A stretch of 64,000 nt of DNA from Octopus sinensis. Its lineage: Eukaryota. The stretch lies in the NCBI RefSeq assembly GCF_006345805.1, contig NC_042998.1, forward strand, positions 58,466,001 through 58,530,000, given 5' to 3'. Below the pieces are notes generated by a model that was not told where the DNA came from, did no database searches, and saw only the letters and a list, made by a program, of their open reading frames with translations. The translations under genes and the position numbers were made by a program. This document shows positions 12,823-26,869 of the stretch, piece by piece; the stretch's first letter is position 1; each line of letters opens with the position of its first letter.

Positions 12823-14585
12823 ATATTTAGGACTAAATTATCAAATATGCCCTTCCTATTCTAAAGCATTAAGCTTAACATTCAAGGGGTATAAAGCTGC
12901 TATTTCTAGTAGATGAAGTGACCAAGCAGAGGCTCCTTGTTGACTTGCAGTTAATATTGTACTAATGCAGTTGTTGCTTACATTGGAATATACCACTCTT
13001 GGGACATATACAAAGCTATGTAGGTTGACCACTTGAAAGTTAAATACACGGATACAGTGCTGGTGTAATAGGAGAAATATTTTTAAACTCTGATGCATGA
13101 TACTTTATCATCTTGCTCATCTGCAATTTCTAAATTAATTAAATGTAATAACTTTGTCTATTTATCAATTCATGTTTAACATTATTTTCTTAATGGAAGT
13201 TCTTTCACACAGACCAAACACCCTATCAGTTTTCGTTCTGAATTAAATTCAGAATATTACTGAATAATTTATAAGCAAAATAAAAATTATAGCTTTATGT
13301 TGTTATACTGGAAAAACAAAAAAGAAAAATAATTAAATTAAAATACTAAATAATTGAATTGCAAAAGTTAATTAAGTTTGCAATATGTTTCACTTATGTG
13401 TATGTGTTTGTTTGTGTATGTGTGTGTGGTGGTTGGGGGTGGCGGTAGGGTATAAACTTCCTTTTGCTTCTATTCTTAGCAAAACTTCATATATTGTTCA
13501 CATAATGAAGTTTGTATTTGAATATGCAAATTTAAGCACAATATCATCTCTATTGCCGAGTACATGCTCATTTTTGTATAAGCTAATGTATAAATGCATG
13601 AACACAGATACGGGCAAACATCTGTTGGCTCATAAGTGTATGTATATGAACATTGGTCTATATGTGTGTGTGTGTGTGTTTGTGTGTGTGGGGGGGGGCT
13701 GCTTACACATAAATGAATACATGCTTATATATACCTCCATGTACTTACATACTTAAATATGCTCTCACACATACCTACACACAGATTGCATATTTAAGTA
13801 AAGAGGATAGAGATAGATAATTAGTAGGTGAGCAATAAGGCAGTAGTCGGAAACTGAGTAAGTATAGTAGGAGGAATATTATTGGCCAAGTGAGCCAGTG
13901 ATATATATATATATATATATATGTGTGTGTATATATATATATGTATGTATATGTGTATAAAATTAGAGAAGAACCACCATTCAACAATGATATACTTAAA
14001 ACATACCATATAGAAAAAAATTAAAGATACAATAAAGCATTTACCTAGAACTAAATAAATTACTAAATAATAAATATATAGTATAGGCGCAGGAGTGGCT
14101 GTGTGGTAAAGAGAGAGAGAGAGACAGACAGACAGGAGTGGCTGTGTGGTAAGTAGCTTGCTTACCAACCACATGGTTCCGGGTTCAGTCCCACTGCGTG
14201 GCACCTTGGGCACGTGTCTTCTACTATAGCATCGGGCCGACCAAAGCCTTGTGAGTGGAGATTGGTAGACGGAACTGAAGAAAGAAGCTGTCGTATATAT
14301 GTATCTATAATGTGTGCATGTGTGTTGGTGTGTCTGTGTTTGTCCCCCCACCATCGCTTGACAACCGATGCTGGTGTGTGTTTACGTACCGTCACTTAGC
14401 GGTTCGGCAAAGAGACCGATAGAATAAGTACTGGGCTTACAAAGAATAAGTCCCGGGATCGAGTTGCTCGACTAAAGGTGGTGCTCCAGCATGGCCGCAG
14501 TCAAATGACTGAAACAAGTAAAAGAGTAAAAGAGTAAAAGATATATGTACATATATATATATTATATATATATTATACATTATAT

Positions 14586-14628
<43 letters not shown>

Positions 14629-15451
14629 TCTACACATACATATACATATGTATATACACACATACTCACATATACAGACATGTACGCAGTCACATACAGG
14701 CACATATATAAACGTGCCTACTGTCACACACATATACATACACAGATGCCTGTCTGTGCATACATATGCTTAACATATGTATATATATCTACTTACATAT
14801 ACACACATGCACACCAACATACTCACACCCATACATATAAAGATATATATTCACACGCATATACCCATATACAAACATATCTACGCATAGATATATATAA
14901 TACATATTATATATACACCTGTGCACATATACATACAGTGGCGAACAGGATCTAAAAATATTGGTGGCCGGGAGACTAAGGGGGCCCACCCACAACTACA
15001 ATGCTATCATTTATTTTATTTTTTTTGTATTCTTTTCAATTGTCAACAAACACAGCCAGGCTGAACTAACTAATGCATTCTTCCAGGAATGAATAAAAAA
15101 TTCACAAACTTTGGGTGGGGGCCCGTTAGATACTAACATGGACCCCTGTATATAGATTCTAATGGCACATCGAGCAAGCTGGCAACCTGGCTGCTCCACT
15201 ACTATATACATGTATATACATAGATACATACCTATGCATATACCCACATGAAAACAAATTTGGATATGCACCTGAGGAAACAACTAAATCTCATAATGCA
15301 GGGAAAGAGTTGTATAGTCTAGTACTTGCACACCTGAAGCACTAAGTTGCATTGAAACAATTGTAGTGATTAAAAAGAAAAGTCCAACAATATCCCTTCT
15401 TGTTGACTCCAATTTCTTCAATTATATATATATATATATACATATATATAT

Positions 15452-15684
15452 ACAACTTATAAATAAGGGCTAAAGAAAATGATTTCTATGCCAATATGCT
15501 GATAACAGACTTTTAAATCATCAATTTCCACATATTATTTACTCGCTACAGAAAAACACGAAGAGCTGAAATCTTCGTGCTTTTCTGTAGTGAGTAAATA
15601 ATATGTGGAAATTGGCGATTTAAAAGTCTGTTATCAGTATATTGGCATAGAAATAATTTTCTTTAGCCCTTATTTATAAGTTGT
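15452..15684. repeat. Near-perfect fold-back palindrome (about 113-bp arms, 7-nt loop)
   Basis: acaacttataaataagggctaaagaaaat...cacgaaga GCTGAAA tcttcgtg...attttctttagcccttatttataagttgt; only a few mismatches seen. Confidence 0.95.
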
Positions 15685-16481
15685 TTATAATTTTAACCTT
15701 AAATGTATTTTAATATGCTGCCACATTTTTTGAAGGAATTTTTTTTCTGTAAAAAAGACTTCATCCTATATTAGTAGTAGTAGTAGTAGTAGTATATATA
15801 TATATAAATATATATATATATAGGAGTGACTGTGTGGTAAGTAGCTTGTTTACCAACAACATGGTTCCGGGTTCAGTCCCACTGCATGGCACCTTGGGCA
15901 AGTGTCTTCTACTATAGCCTCGGGCCGACCAATACCTTGTGAGTGGATTTGGTAGACGGAAACTGAAAGAAGCCCGTCGTATATATGTATATATATATAT
16001 GCGTGTGTGAGTTTGTGTGTCTGTGTTTGTCCCCCTAGCATTGCTTGACAACCGATGCTGGTGTGTTTATGTCCCCGTTGCTTAGTGGTTCGGCAAAAGA
16101 GACCGATAGAATAAGTACTGGGCTTACAAAAGAATAAGTCCCGGGGTCTAGTTGCTCGATTAAAGGTGGTGCTGCAGCATGGCCGCAGTCAAATGACTGA
16201 AACAAGTAAAAGAGTAAAAGAGAATATTTATATAGAGTTATGCTAAGAAACAGTACACAGTACCAGAAATTTTGATACTGGTCAAATATAAGAAAACTAC
16301 TCCAAATCATTGTTAGTATATCTGTGTAAGTGTAGTTTGGGCCAGCTAGTTTCTAAAGGCATTGAGTCATACAAGTTATAATAATGAAGTGAATCTAAAT
16401 AATGATATTTGATCTGACTTCATCATTACAATGTATGTATATATACGTGTATATATATATACATATATATATGTATGTATG

Positions 16482-16585
<104 letters not shown>

Positions 16586-16591
16586 GTATAT

Positions 16592-16638
<47 letters not shown>

Positions 16639-16998
16639 CACAGATAGATACATAGAGACATAGATATATGACAAGATGATTCAGAAGGATTGCTAGAGAA
16701 TGGGAATATGATTTTGTCAAACCATTTGGTTCCAAATGGTAAAGAAGGAAGAGCAAAATGGAAACCCATTGTGACCACCAATATATCAGAGCATCTGGCA
16801 ATAAAGTAATAAAGTAATGTGCGTATGTATGTATGTATGTATGTATGTATTTATGTATGAGCTTCCTTTATATGTAGAGCTATTGGAATCAGCTCTAAAC
16901 ATGTGATGATTCTAAGGTCAGTAGTATTATAGATATCATCCATTTCAATATGTATTTTCACAAGAATTTATCTGAAATTTACATTAATATCATCTGAT

Positions 16999-17751
16999 TA
17001 CTCTCTTTTACTCTTTTACTTGTTTCAGTCATTTGACTGTGGCCATGCTGGAACACCGCCTTTTAGTCGAGCAAATCGACTCCAGGACATAAAACACACC
17101 AGCATCGGTTGTCAAGCAATGTTGGGGGGACAAACACAGACACACACACATATACACACACACATACATATATATACTTATATATGGGAGGCGCAATGGC
17201 CCAGTGGTTAGGGCAGCGGACTCGCGGTCGTAGGATCGTGGTTTCGGATCCCAGACCGGGCGTTGTGAGTGTTTATTGAGTGAAAACACCTAAAGCTCCA
17301 CGAGGCTCCGGCAGGGATGGTGGTGATCCCTGCTGTACTCTTTCACCACAACTTTCTCTCACTCTTACTTCCTGTTTCTGTTGTACCTGTATTTCAAAGG
17401 GCCAGCCTTGTCACTCTCTGTGTCACGCTGAATATCCCCGAGAACTACATTAAGGGTACACGTGTCTGTGGAGTGCTCAGCCACTTACACGTTAATTTCA
17501 CGAGCAGGCTGTTCCGTTGATCGGATCAACCGGAACCTTCATCGTCATAACCGACGGAGTGCTTCCTATATATATATACATATATATGACGGGCTTCTTT
17601 CAGTTTCTGTCTACGAAATTCACCCGCAGGGCTTTGGTCAGCCCCAGGCTATAGTAGAAGACACTTGCCTAAGGTACCAAACAGTGGGATTGAATCCAGA
17701 ACCATGTGGTTCATAAACAAGCTACTTACCACACAACCACTCCTATGCCTA
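16999..17751 (-). mobile_element. SINE family A, minus copy interrupted by a family B insertion
   Basis: Tail half at 16999-17185 and head half at 17567-17751 flank the B copy. Confidence 0.88.
17186..17566 (+). mobile_element. SINE family B nested in the (TA)n tract of SINE A
   Basis: Full tRNA-like head to tail; flanked on both sides by tatat of the host SINE microsatellite. Confidence 0.88.
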
Positions 17752-18496
17752 TCGATTATATTAATTAATGGATTATATTAATTATAAACATATGACTGTG
17801 CATATGTGTATGTATATATATAAAAATGTGTGTGGGGGGTATATATATTTGCATGTAAATATACACATATGCATATATGTATACATACATATATTTACAT
17901 ATGTAAATATATATCATGGCTATGTGGTAAGAAGTTTGCTTCATAACCACATGGTTCCAGGTTCAGTCCCACTGCCTGACATCTTGGGCAAGTGTCTACC
18001 ACTATAACCATGAGCCGACCAAAGCCTGGTGAATCAATTTGATGGACAGAAACTGAAAGATGTCTGTTATATATATATATGTATATATTTGTGTGTGTGT
18101 GTGTGTGTGTCTGTGTTTGTTCCTCCCACCATCACTTGACAACCAGTGTCAGTATGTTTACGTAACAGTAACTTAGTGGTTTGGCAAAAAGACCAATAGA
18201 ATTAGTACTAGGCATACAAAGAATAAGTCCTGGAGTCGATTTCTTCAACTAAAAGTAGTGTTCCAGCATGGTCACAGTCAAATAACTGAAACAAGTAAAA
18301 GAATAAAAGAATATAAATATACACATACAAATATATGTATATGTATGATATAAGTTTTCTGTTACAATTTCTATTACATCGTTTATTGTATTAAATTGAC
18401 TTATACATTTGGAAAATAAATCTGTTCAAAAATTTGAATGCCTAAAAATTACTGATATTTCTTTTCTCTTTCTCTGTGTCAATTTTATTTGAGCAG

Positions 18497-18977
18497 GATA
18501 TCAGTCCGAAAGGTTCAAGCAGCTCTAGCACATTTAGCAGTTGTGAGTCAACATCAAAAGCTACTTACAGCCATCAGCAGACTCCTAGCCCAACCCGTAA
18601 ATCAAAATCTGAACCCAGTAAAAACTTCTTGAATGATCCAGTGATAAACCAAATTCAAACAACCAACTATTTGCCAGGCTTTAGATCAAGGAATATTACA
18701 TACAGCTTTACAGAGCATTACCATTCCAGGCGACGGAAACGATCTCTCAATGCTGGCAGATGTCTTCCCTCTTCTGAAAGTAGATCAATCGCTATCACAC
18801 ATTCAACACAGTTGTCTTTCTTGGATTTTGTGGATTTATTCAAAGCATTTGAGTTACGGTGTCGTAAAGATTTAAAAGACTTATTCGAACAATTTGCCAT
18901 TACCAAAACACTTGCAGAGATTGAAGAAACAGTTTCCTATGACCATCACATGTACAAACCATCAACTAAAGACATGG
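18497..18977 (+). CDS. PLCE1: PLC-epsilon exon (Ser-rich region, then [29 protein letters not shown])
   Basis: Acceptor gagcAG ends at 18496 and donor GTaaga starts at 18978; phase 0/1. Corresponds to the PLCE1 segment [25 protein letters not shown] (recalled). Lies in ORF 18476..19105. Confidence 0.9.
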
Positions 18978-19702
18978 GTAAGAACTTTTCCTTGTTTTCT
19001 TTTCAGCGTAGCAGTGGCTGTGTGGTAAGTAGCTTGCTTATGAACCACATTGTTTCGGGTTCAGTCTCACTGCGTGGCACCTTGGGCAAGTGTCTTCTAC
19101 TATAGCCTTGAGCTGACCAAAGCCTTGTGAGTGGATTTGGTAGACAGAAACTGAAAGAAGCCTGTCGTATATATGTATATGTGTGTGTGTCTGTGTTTGT
19201 CCCCCCCCCCTACATCGCTTGACAACCGATGCTGGTGTGTTTAACTTAGCGGTTTGGCAAAAGAGACTGACAGAATAAGTAGTGGGCTTACAAAGAATAA
19301 GTCCCGGGGTCGATTTGCTTGACTAAAGGCGGTGCTCCAGCATGGCCACAGTCAGATGCCTGAAACAATTAAAAGAGTAAAAGAGTAAAAGAGCTGTCAC
19401 AAACTGGAAAGTGTGAAGAGTTGGAGATGTTATGATAAAACTCCAAATCAAACTTGTTCATGTAGAACTATCATCATCATCATTATTACTTAATGGATGT
19501 TAAATGATGATGATGATAATGATGGCAGTTCTACTAAAGCAGGTTTGATTTAGGGTTTCACAATAACAGCAACATAAACTCTTCAGGTTTCAATTGTAAT
19601 TAAAAATATTCCAGTTAAGACTACACTGTCATTTTAGCAATAGCTAAGGCTACTTTACTGAATGAGATATTACTTTTTTTACAGTAACATAATAGAATTG
19701 CA

Positions 19703-21499
19703 GGTTAATATAGGGCGTTACGATTATCAGAAAATCAAAAAAAAAATGTGTGTAATAGGTGTAAAACAACTTCCTATGAACGAATATGAAAAAAAAAATT
19801 CGCGCACGCGAAAGGGGGTGGGGGAGGGGCCTCGGAAAATTCACATCGGGAAGTTCCGAAAGCGTCTGAGGGGCTGACCCGGGCACCAAAACAAAAAAAA
19901 AATAGTGTAATATGTGTAAAACAACTTGCTCTAAACGAATATGACAAAAAAAATGCGCTCTCGTGAAAGAGGGGTGGGAGAGAGGCCTCGGAAAATTTAT
20001 ATCGGGAATTTCCGAAAGCGTCTGAACCGGGCACAAAAACAAAAACAAAAACAGCGTAATAGGTGTAAAACAACTTGCTCTAAACGACTATCATGAAAAA
20101 AATGCGCGCTCGCGAAAGGGGGGTGGGGGAGAGGCTTCGGAAATTTCACATCTTCAGTCCACGGCCTTTAAACTAAGAAAAAATAGTGTAATTGGTGTAA
20201 AACTACTTGTTCTAAACGAGTATCAAGAACACACACTCACACATGAATCATAAAATCATATTTCGCAAAAAAAATAAATAAAGAGAAGAAATTCTGGAAA
20301 AAGTGAAGAAATGTTGGATCTCCGCCATGTGAATCAAAATACGTGTCAGAAACATCTTGAAATACTACAGAAATTATGTTACGAAAATGATAATGTATAC
20401 ATACCTCTTTGAGTGGTCCATCGATAATGTTGATAAAGAAATGAGTTGGATTCGAACTCAGAATATTGACTAACACAACTACATACTACAAGACTCAAAA
20501 TATTCAGCCAAGTCACCACCCTTTAACTAGCAATAATAATAACATCAATAACATAACAGCCAAAAGATTTATTTGTTCTGAATATAACAATCATAGTAAA
20601 TAAATATGTTCTTTAATATTCACATTCATGTGCACAGTTAAACACACTTACATACAAACAGTCACGCATGCATAATACAGAACGGAACACATAAATGAAG
20701 GATGCATGAAGGATATATACTTAGTATATATTACATCTAGAGAATTTTGATTAATAAGTCAAATATGCAAATTATAAAGATAATTAATTGCTTTACTAAA
20801 CAGTGTTGTAAAGGTGAAAAAATAAATTTGGGAAAAAAATACACGCCAAAACTAATTAATAAAGGATAATTAGGGAAGGATTGACACAAAATAATAATTT
20901 TTTCTGTCTCTTTTTTTCTGATAAATGCATCTTAATAAGTGAGAAGAATTGCATATATCTGAACTATTTCAAAGAAAAGCATAAAATTAATGTTTAAAAT
21001 AGCTTTAACCAAGGAATGAGATCCAACATTTCTTCACTTTTTCCAGAATTTCTTCTCTTTATTATTTTTTTTTTTTTGCGAAATATGTACAAAAATACGG
21101 AGTTTATGATTCATGTGTGAGTGTGTGTTCTTGATACTCGTTTAGAACAAGTAGTTTTACACCAATTACACTATTTTTTCTTAGTTTAAAGGCCGTGGAC
21201 TGAAGATGTGAAATTTCCGAAGCCTCTCCCCCACCCCCCTTTCGCGAGCGCACATTTTTTTCATGATAGTCGTTTAGAGCAAGTTGTTTTACACCTATTA
21301 CGCTGTTTTTGTTTTTGTTTTTGTGCCCGGTTCAGACGCTTTCGGAAATTCCCGATATAAATTTTCCGAGGCCTCTCCCCCACCCCCCTTTCGCGTGCGC
21401 GAATTTTTTTTTTCATATTCGTTCATAGGAAGTTGTTTTACACCTATTACACACATTTTTTTTTTGATTTTCTGATAATCGTAACGCCCTATATTAACC
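19703..21499. mobile_element. Non-autonomous foldback DNA transposon (Merlin- or Mutator-like) with long TIRs and 8-bp TSD
   Basis: Exact direct repeat GAATTGCA at 19695-19702 and 21500-21507; termini GGTTAATATAGGGCG / CGCCCTATATTAACC; arms 19703-20322 and 21018-21499 are built from tandem subrepeats; no transposase ORF recognised in the spacer. Confidence 0.88.
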
Positions 21500-21686
21500 G
21501 AATTGCAAATTGGCTATTATTTATAGCAGAGCAAGCTGCTTGAGTGTTGCTTCACTGTTTTGTAGGTAGGATATTTTTGAAAGATTCATGTAGTAGGATT
21601 CAAGAAAAAATACAAATCCTGTAGAGTTCGAAGTCTACAGTTTTTCCTATACTGAGACAACCATTTTCATGAGACACAGAGAATTA

Positions 21687-21865
21687 ATGTTGTTGTTGTT
21701 GTTGTTGTGGGTGTTGCTGTTGCTGTTGTTGTTGTTGTTGTTACTGCTGCTGCTGCTGCTGTTGTTGTTGTTGTTGCTGTTGTTGTTGTTGCTGTTGTTG
21801 TTGTTGTTGTTGTTATTATTATTGCTGTTGTTGTTGTTGTTGCTGTTGTTGTTGTTGTTGTTGTA
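21687..21865 (+). repeat. Compound (GTT)n/(GCT)n trinucleotide microsatellite
   Basis: Directly visible; source of the poly-L and poly-T ORFs. Confidence 0.95.
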
Positions 21866-22660
21866 GCAAACATGTCAGCATGAATGTCCTTGGGGGCTAA
21901 CCCCTTTTTTTCTACAGATATTTGATAACACTATGGTGCCAAATTTTATCCATTTTCACGAAATGTCTCTAGTACCACTTTTCCAAGTCCTCAATTCTTT
22001 ATCCAATGTGGATTTATCTGGAAAAAAAAACATGCAGTTAGCATCAGGAAAGGTTGAATTTAATACATGCCAAGTATAATTACTGTATGGTAACTCCTTC
22101 TTAGTCAGCCTTGGAACCTTTCAGCCCACCCTCGTAGCTCAATAAATGAAGAGAGGTCTTCAACTCAGAGGTTATATCATATGAGGGGCTGAATTTGGAA
22201 ATCAGCTAAATATATATATCGTACATCATTATGTAGTGCAAGAAATGTTCCTCTAAACCCTCAAACAGCAGTGAGCTGTATCACACCATAGTGCCAATTT
22301 ACAGCTAAGCAAAAGAAAAACAGCTTTTGCTAGGAACACAGTTAAAGTTTTGGTTGGTGTGCTTGCATTTTAATGAATCAGCATCTGTGATACTCATCCA
22401 TCATGTCACTAAATCTTGTATTTTATAATACAATTTCTGTAAAGCTGCTTTGTCAGTGTCAAGGGAAATAAAACTAAACTGTTTGACATATCTATCAGAG
22501 CTGACAGGAAATGGGTTATTGTAGGTTCTGTATGTATATATGCATGCATGCATCCATGTATGTATGTATGTATGTATGTATGTATGTATGTATGTATGTA
22601 TGTATGTATGTATGTATGTATGTATGCATGCATGCATGTATATATGCATGTATGTATGTA

Positions 22661-22691
<31 letters not shown>

Positions 22692-22854
22692 AGTAGCTGT
22701 TTGGTAAGTAGCTTGCTTACCAACCACATGCTTCCGGGTTCAGTCCCACTGCGTAGCACCTTGGGCAAGTGTCTTCTACTATAGCCTTGGGCCGACCAAA
22801 GCCTTGTGAGTGGATTTGGTAGACAGGAACTGAAAGAAGCCTATCGTATATATG

Positions 22855-22885
<31 letters not shown>

Positions 22886-23065
22886 AAGTTTGTGTGTCTG
22901 TGTTTCTTCCCCCAACATTGCTTGACAACCGATGCTAAGTTACGCTCCTGTCACCTAGCGGTTCAGCAAAAGTGACCGATGGAATAAGTACTAGGCTTAC
23001 AAAGAATAAGTCCTGGGGTCAATTTGGTCAACTAAAACAAATAAAAGAATAAAACAAATAGATAC

Positions 23066-23125
<60 letters not shown>

Positions 23126-23201
23126 GTATATATATAAAGATGATTATGCGTAAAAGGATATAATCCTGAATTCATATGCAAACACCCATGCATACTTACT
23201 T

Positions 23202-23232
<31 letters not shown>

Positions 23233-24407
23233 AATACATACATATATATCATCATTGTTTAACATCTGCTTTTACACATGTGTGTAAATATACATATATA
23301 CGTATTATGCATATGTATTGTATATATATATACATATATATATGTGTGTGTGTGTATGGCTGTGTGGTTAGGGAGCTTGCTTCCTAGCTACATGGTTTCG
23401 GGTTCAGTCCCACTGTGTGACACTTTGGGTAGGTGTCTTCCACTATAGCCCCGAGCCGACCGGAGCTTTGTGATTGAATTCGGTAGGTGGAAGTTACTGC
23501 CGTGTGTGTATGTGTGTGTATAGCTGCTCAGTGCCTCTCCGAAAGAGAGAGAGGGATATATGTGTGTGTGTGTATATACACACATATACATACACAGGTG
23601 TATATGTATCTACTTATCTATTTATTTATACATACGTGTGTATGTGTGTGTCTGCGCACATGTGTGCATGTGTGTGCTTGTTTCAGTTTCCCTTATAGTA
23701 GCAATTTGACTATGCTAAACTATAATTATTTACAAGCTGCAAGAATCATACTATATCTAACCCTGCAGCAAACACCACCAAGGTTCCAAAATGACCTAAC
23801 AACCTCATTATCTATGTAAAAACATTAAAACAACATAAAAAACAAACAACAAAGCACAAGGAATTGATAATGAGTAGGGACTTAACTGGACAGTGAAATC
23901 CAATTTAACACAACAGGAGAATTTTCATCTTTTGTCTAATGGATATAGTTGTGATTTTGACACCCAAAGCTGGATCACTACTTCTATTGATGGTAAACAA
24001 CCTTAGAAAAATGATCAAATGCTGTTTGGGAGTGTAGAAACCAAATTTTTGTATTAGGTCTACAAAGAATGATTGTACATTGTCAAAACATTAATATAGT
24101 CAGCACAAATTTGTTCTGAATATGTTATTCACTAATATACAAGACATTAGAACCATACTATAACTTACACACAAATCATACATACCAATCTGTAAAATGA
24201 AAGTCAAAATTTTCCTATAGAAATAAAAATTAATGATTTTATTTCTATAAAAGAAGTGGCTGTGTGGTCAGTAGCTTGCTTACCAACCACATGGTTCCAG
24301 GTTCAGTCCCACTGTGTGGCACCTTGGCAAGTGTCTTCTACTATAGTCTCATGCCGACCAAAGCCTTGTGAGTGGATTTGGTAGACGGAAACTGAAAGAG
24401 GCCCATC

Positions 24408-24463
<56 letters not shown>

Positions 24464-26576
24464 GTTTGTGTGTCTGTGTTTGTTCCCCCAACATCGCTTG
24501 ACAACTGATGCTGGTGTGTTTACGTACCTGTCACTTAGCGGTTCGACAAGAGATTCCAATAGAATAAGTCCTAGGGTCGATTTGATCGACTAAAGGCAGT
24601 GCTCCACCATGGCCACAGTCAGATGACTGAAACAAATAAAAGAATAAAAGAATAAAAGAATAATACATGAACAGAGCTATCGATCAACTTTGCTCTGGCT
24701 TGGTCACACAGAAGCAGGTAAATAGTGACCTTAACTGAGGTCCAGTATACCTGTGTTCTACCCTCTAAAATTGTTCGTTTTTAATCTATCAAATAATGAT
24801 GTCATGGGAAGAAATGTAATTGCTGATTGTAAACTGAATGACAAGGTTGGTTGAATAATGACAAAACATTGCTATTAATTATTTTATGATTTCACAAACA
24901 GATGAAAGACCAGAGAGATTTATAACCCAAAGTATAGAAACAAAACTAAATAACAGTCTAGAGACCCCTGCTGCCAATGTTAATCTATTAAATAGTGATA
25001 TTCAGCAGTAGCTGTAATGTTTATGCCTTTTAAGAAATAAGAGAAATACATTTTGAATTTTTGTTGCTGCTGAAATATCATGCATACGTTGCTATGTTCC
25101 CCTCTATTCTTATTTAGTTAAGTAGGTTTTTTTCTTTCCTCTTTTTATAACTGGGATACTCTCAATGCCTTTACTCCTGTGATAAATTGATTGCTGTCTT
25201 ATCAGTTATTGGCTTTAACAAAGCAGAAGAGATATTTTGTATTCTAAGTTGGTAAAGCACAGATTAAATTTTTATATCACTAGTTAAGACAAACTATGTG
25301 ATCAAAATTGACTTTCTGTCACTGAACTAAGTATACCATATGGGTAAATGATCAGTAATTGATTTAGGTCTATATCAGGTCACTGCATGAAACCAATGCT
25401 ATGAATTATTCATCCTTAGTATAACCAAACAGGACTAATTAGTGTCACAGAGTAACTAACATTATTCAGGTTTTCTTAATTAACTCATTTCTCTACTTCT
25501 TATCCCTTATACTGCATCACATCTTCTTATGCTTACTTTGACCACCTTTCCCCATGTTTTTTTTACTTTGGAGTGTTAACCTGCTAGATTATCTTCTTGC
25601 CCTTGTTTTCCCTACAGCTGTTAATTCACTTTCACCAGTCTCAAAAACACCTACAAAGACTATAGGCACAATACCTTCAGGCCAAGACATTTTTTGTTTT
25701 AAATATTACATAAACAGGCATATGAGTGGCTGTGTGGTAAGTAGCTTGCTTATGAACCACATGGTTCCGGGTTCAGTCCCACTGTGTGGCACCTTGGGCA
25801 AGTGTCTTCTACTATAGCTTCAGGCCGACCAAAGCCTTGTGAGTGGATTTGGTTAATGGAAACTGAAAGAAGCCTGTCATATATATATGTATATATATAT
25901 ATATGATATATGCGTGTCTGTGTTTGTATGTCTGTGTTTGTCCCCCGAATATCACTTGACAACCCATGCTGGTGTGTCTACGTCCCCATAAGTTAGTGGT
26001 TCGGCAAAAGAGACCGATAGAATAAGTACTAGGCTTACAAAGAATAAGACTAAAAGCGGTGCCCTAGCATAGCCACAGTCACATGACTGAAACAAGTAAA
26101 AGAGTAAACAAGTAAAGAGTAAACAGAAAACCAGATAATTAATTTGTGTTGAAAATATCTTTTCTTGTTTATAATATAAACATAATAGAATGGCAAAAAT
26201 AGTAAATTACTGGACCAAATGATTTACATCATCATAAAGCACTAATTCTCCATGCTGGGATGGGTTGGTCAAGTCTTACAAAATCTCACCAGTCCTTCAT
26301 CATGTCCCCTGCAGTGACTCTTAATCTTGCTGCCTGCTGTGATTCTTCAGCACCTGGTGCACACAACCGAAGAGAACAGATAAGCAGAATTGTTACAATG
26401 GCAAACAAAATATTTTGTGATATTCAGTTGTGTGCCTTTATATACTGAGTTCAAATCTCACCAAGGTTGACTTACCCATTTATCCTTCCAGTATCACTCA
26501 AGCACTGGAACCAATTTAACCAGCTATATTCTACCCACTTACTACCCACCCACAAACTTCAAATCATCATATTCAA

Positions 26577-26779
26577 CCTTTTAGCATTCAGATTATTCTG
26601 TCACATGTTATGCCTATTTAGTCATATTGTTTTAAATTAATCATGTATCTTACAGCTTTGAGATTTTCATAATGTAATTGCTTATTTTAAGGTAGGTGTG
26701 AGAGGCTGGATCTGGCTAGTTTGAACATAGATTATGTTGAATATTTTGGCCAGATGTGGCTTGTTTGAATACCAAAGGG
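26577..26779. mobile_element. piggyBac-like MITE (CC...GGG, TTAA target)
   Basis: tcaa-CCTTTTAGCATTC ... GAATACCAAAGGG-ttaa; degenerate left TSD. Confidence 0.55.
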
Positions 26780-26869
26780 TTAAACCCTTGTGTCTGGGTT
26801 AGGATTCAACAGTTCACTTTTATCATCTTGAGTATAAATCCTATTGAGGACTGACTGCCTACTGATCCC

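Noticed and set aside
17186-17260. tRNA-like sequences at SINE heads
   Set aside because: They continue into SINE bodies and I could not fold a complete cloverleaf; not called as tRNA genes.
18978-19105. Extension of ORF 18476..19105 beyond the donor
   Set aside because: Reads through the intron into SINE A; homology continues instead at 32614.
20323-21017. Possible transposase in the foldback spacer (ORF 20237..20476)
   Set aside because: Short, AT-rich, no DDE motifs recognised.
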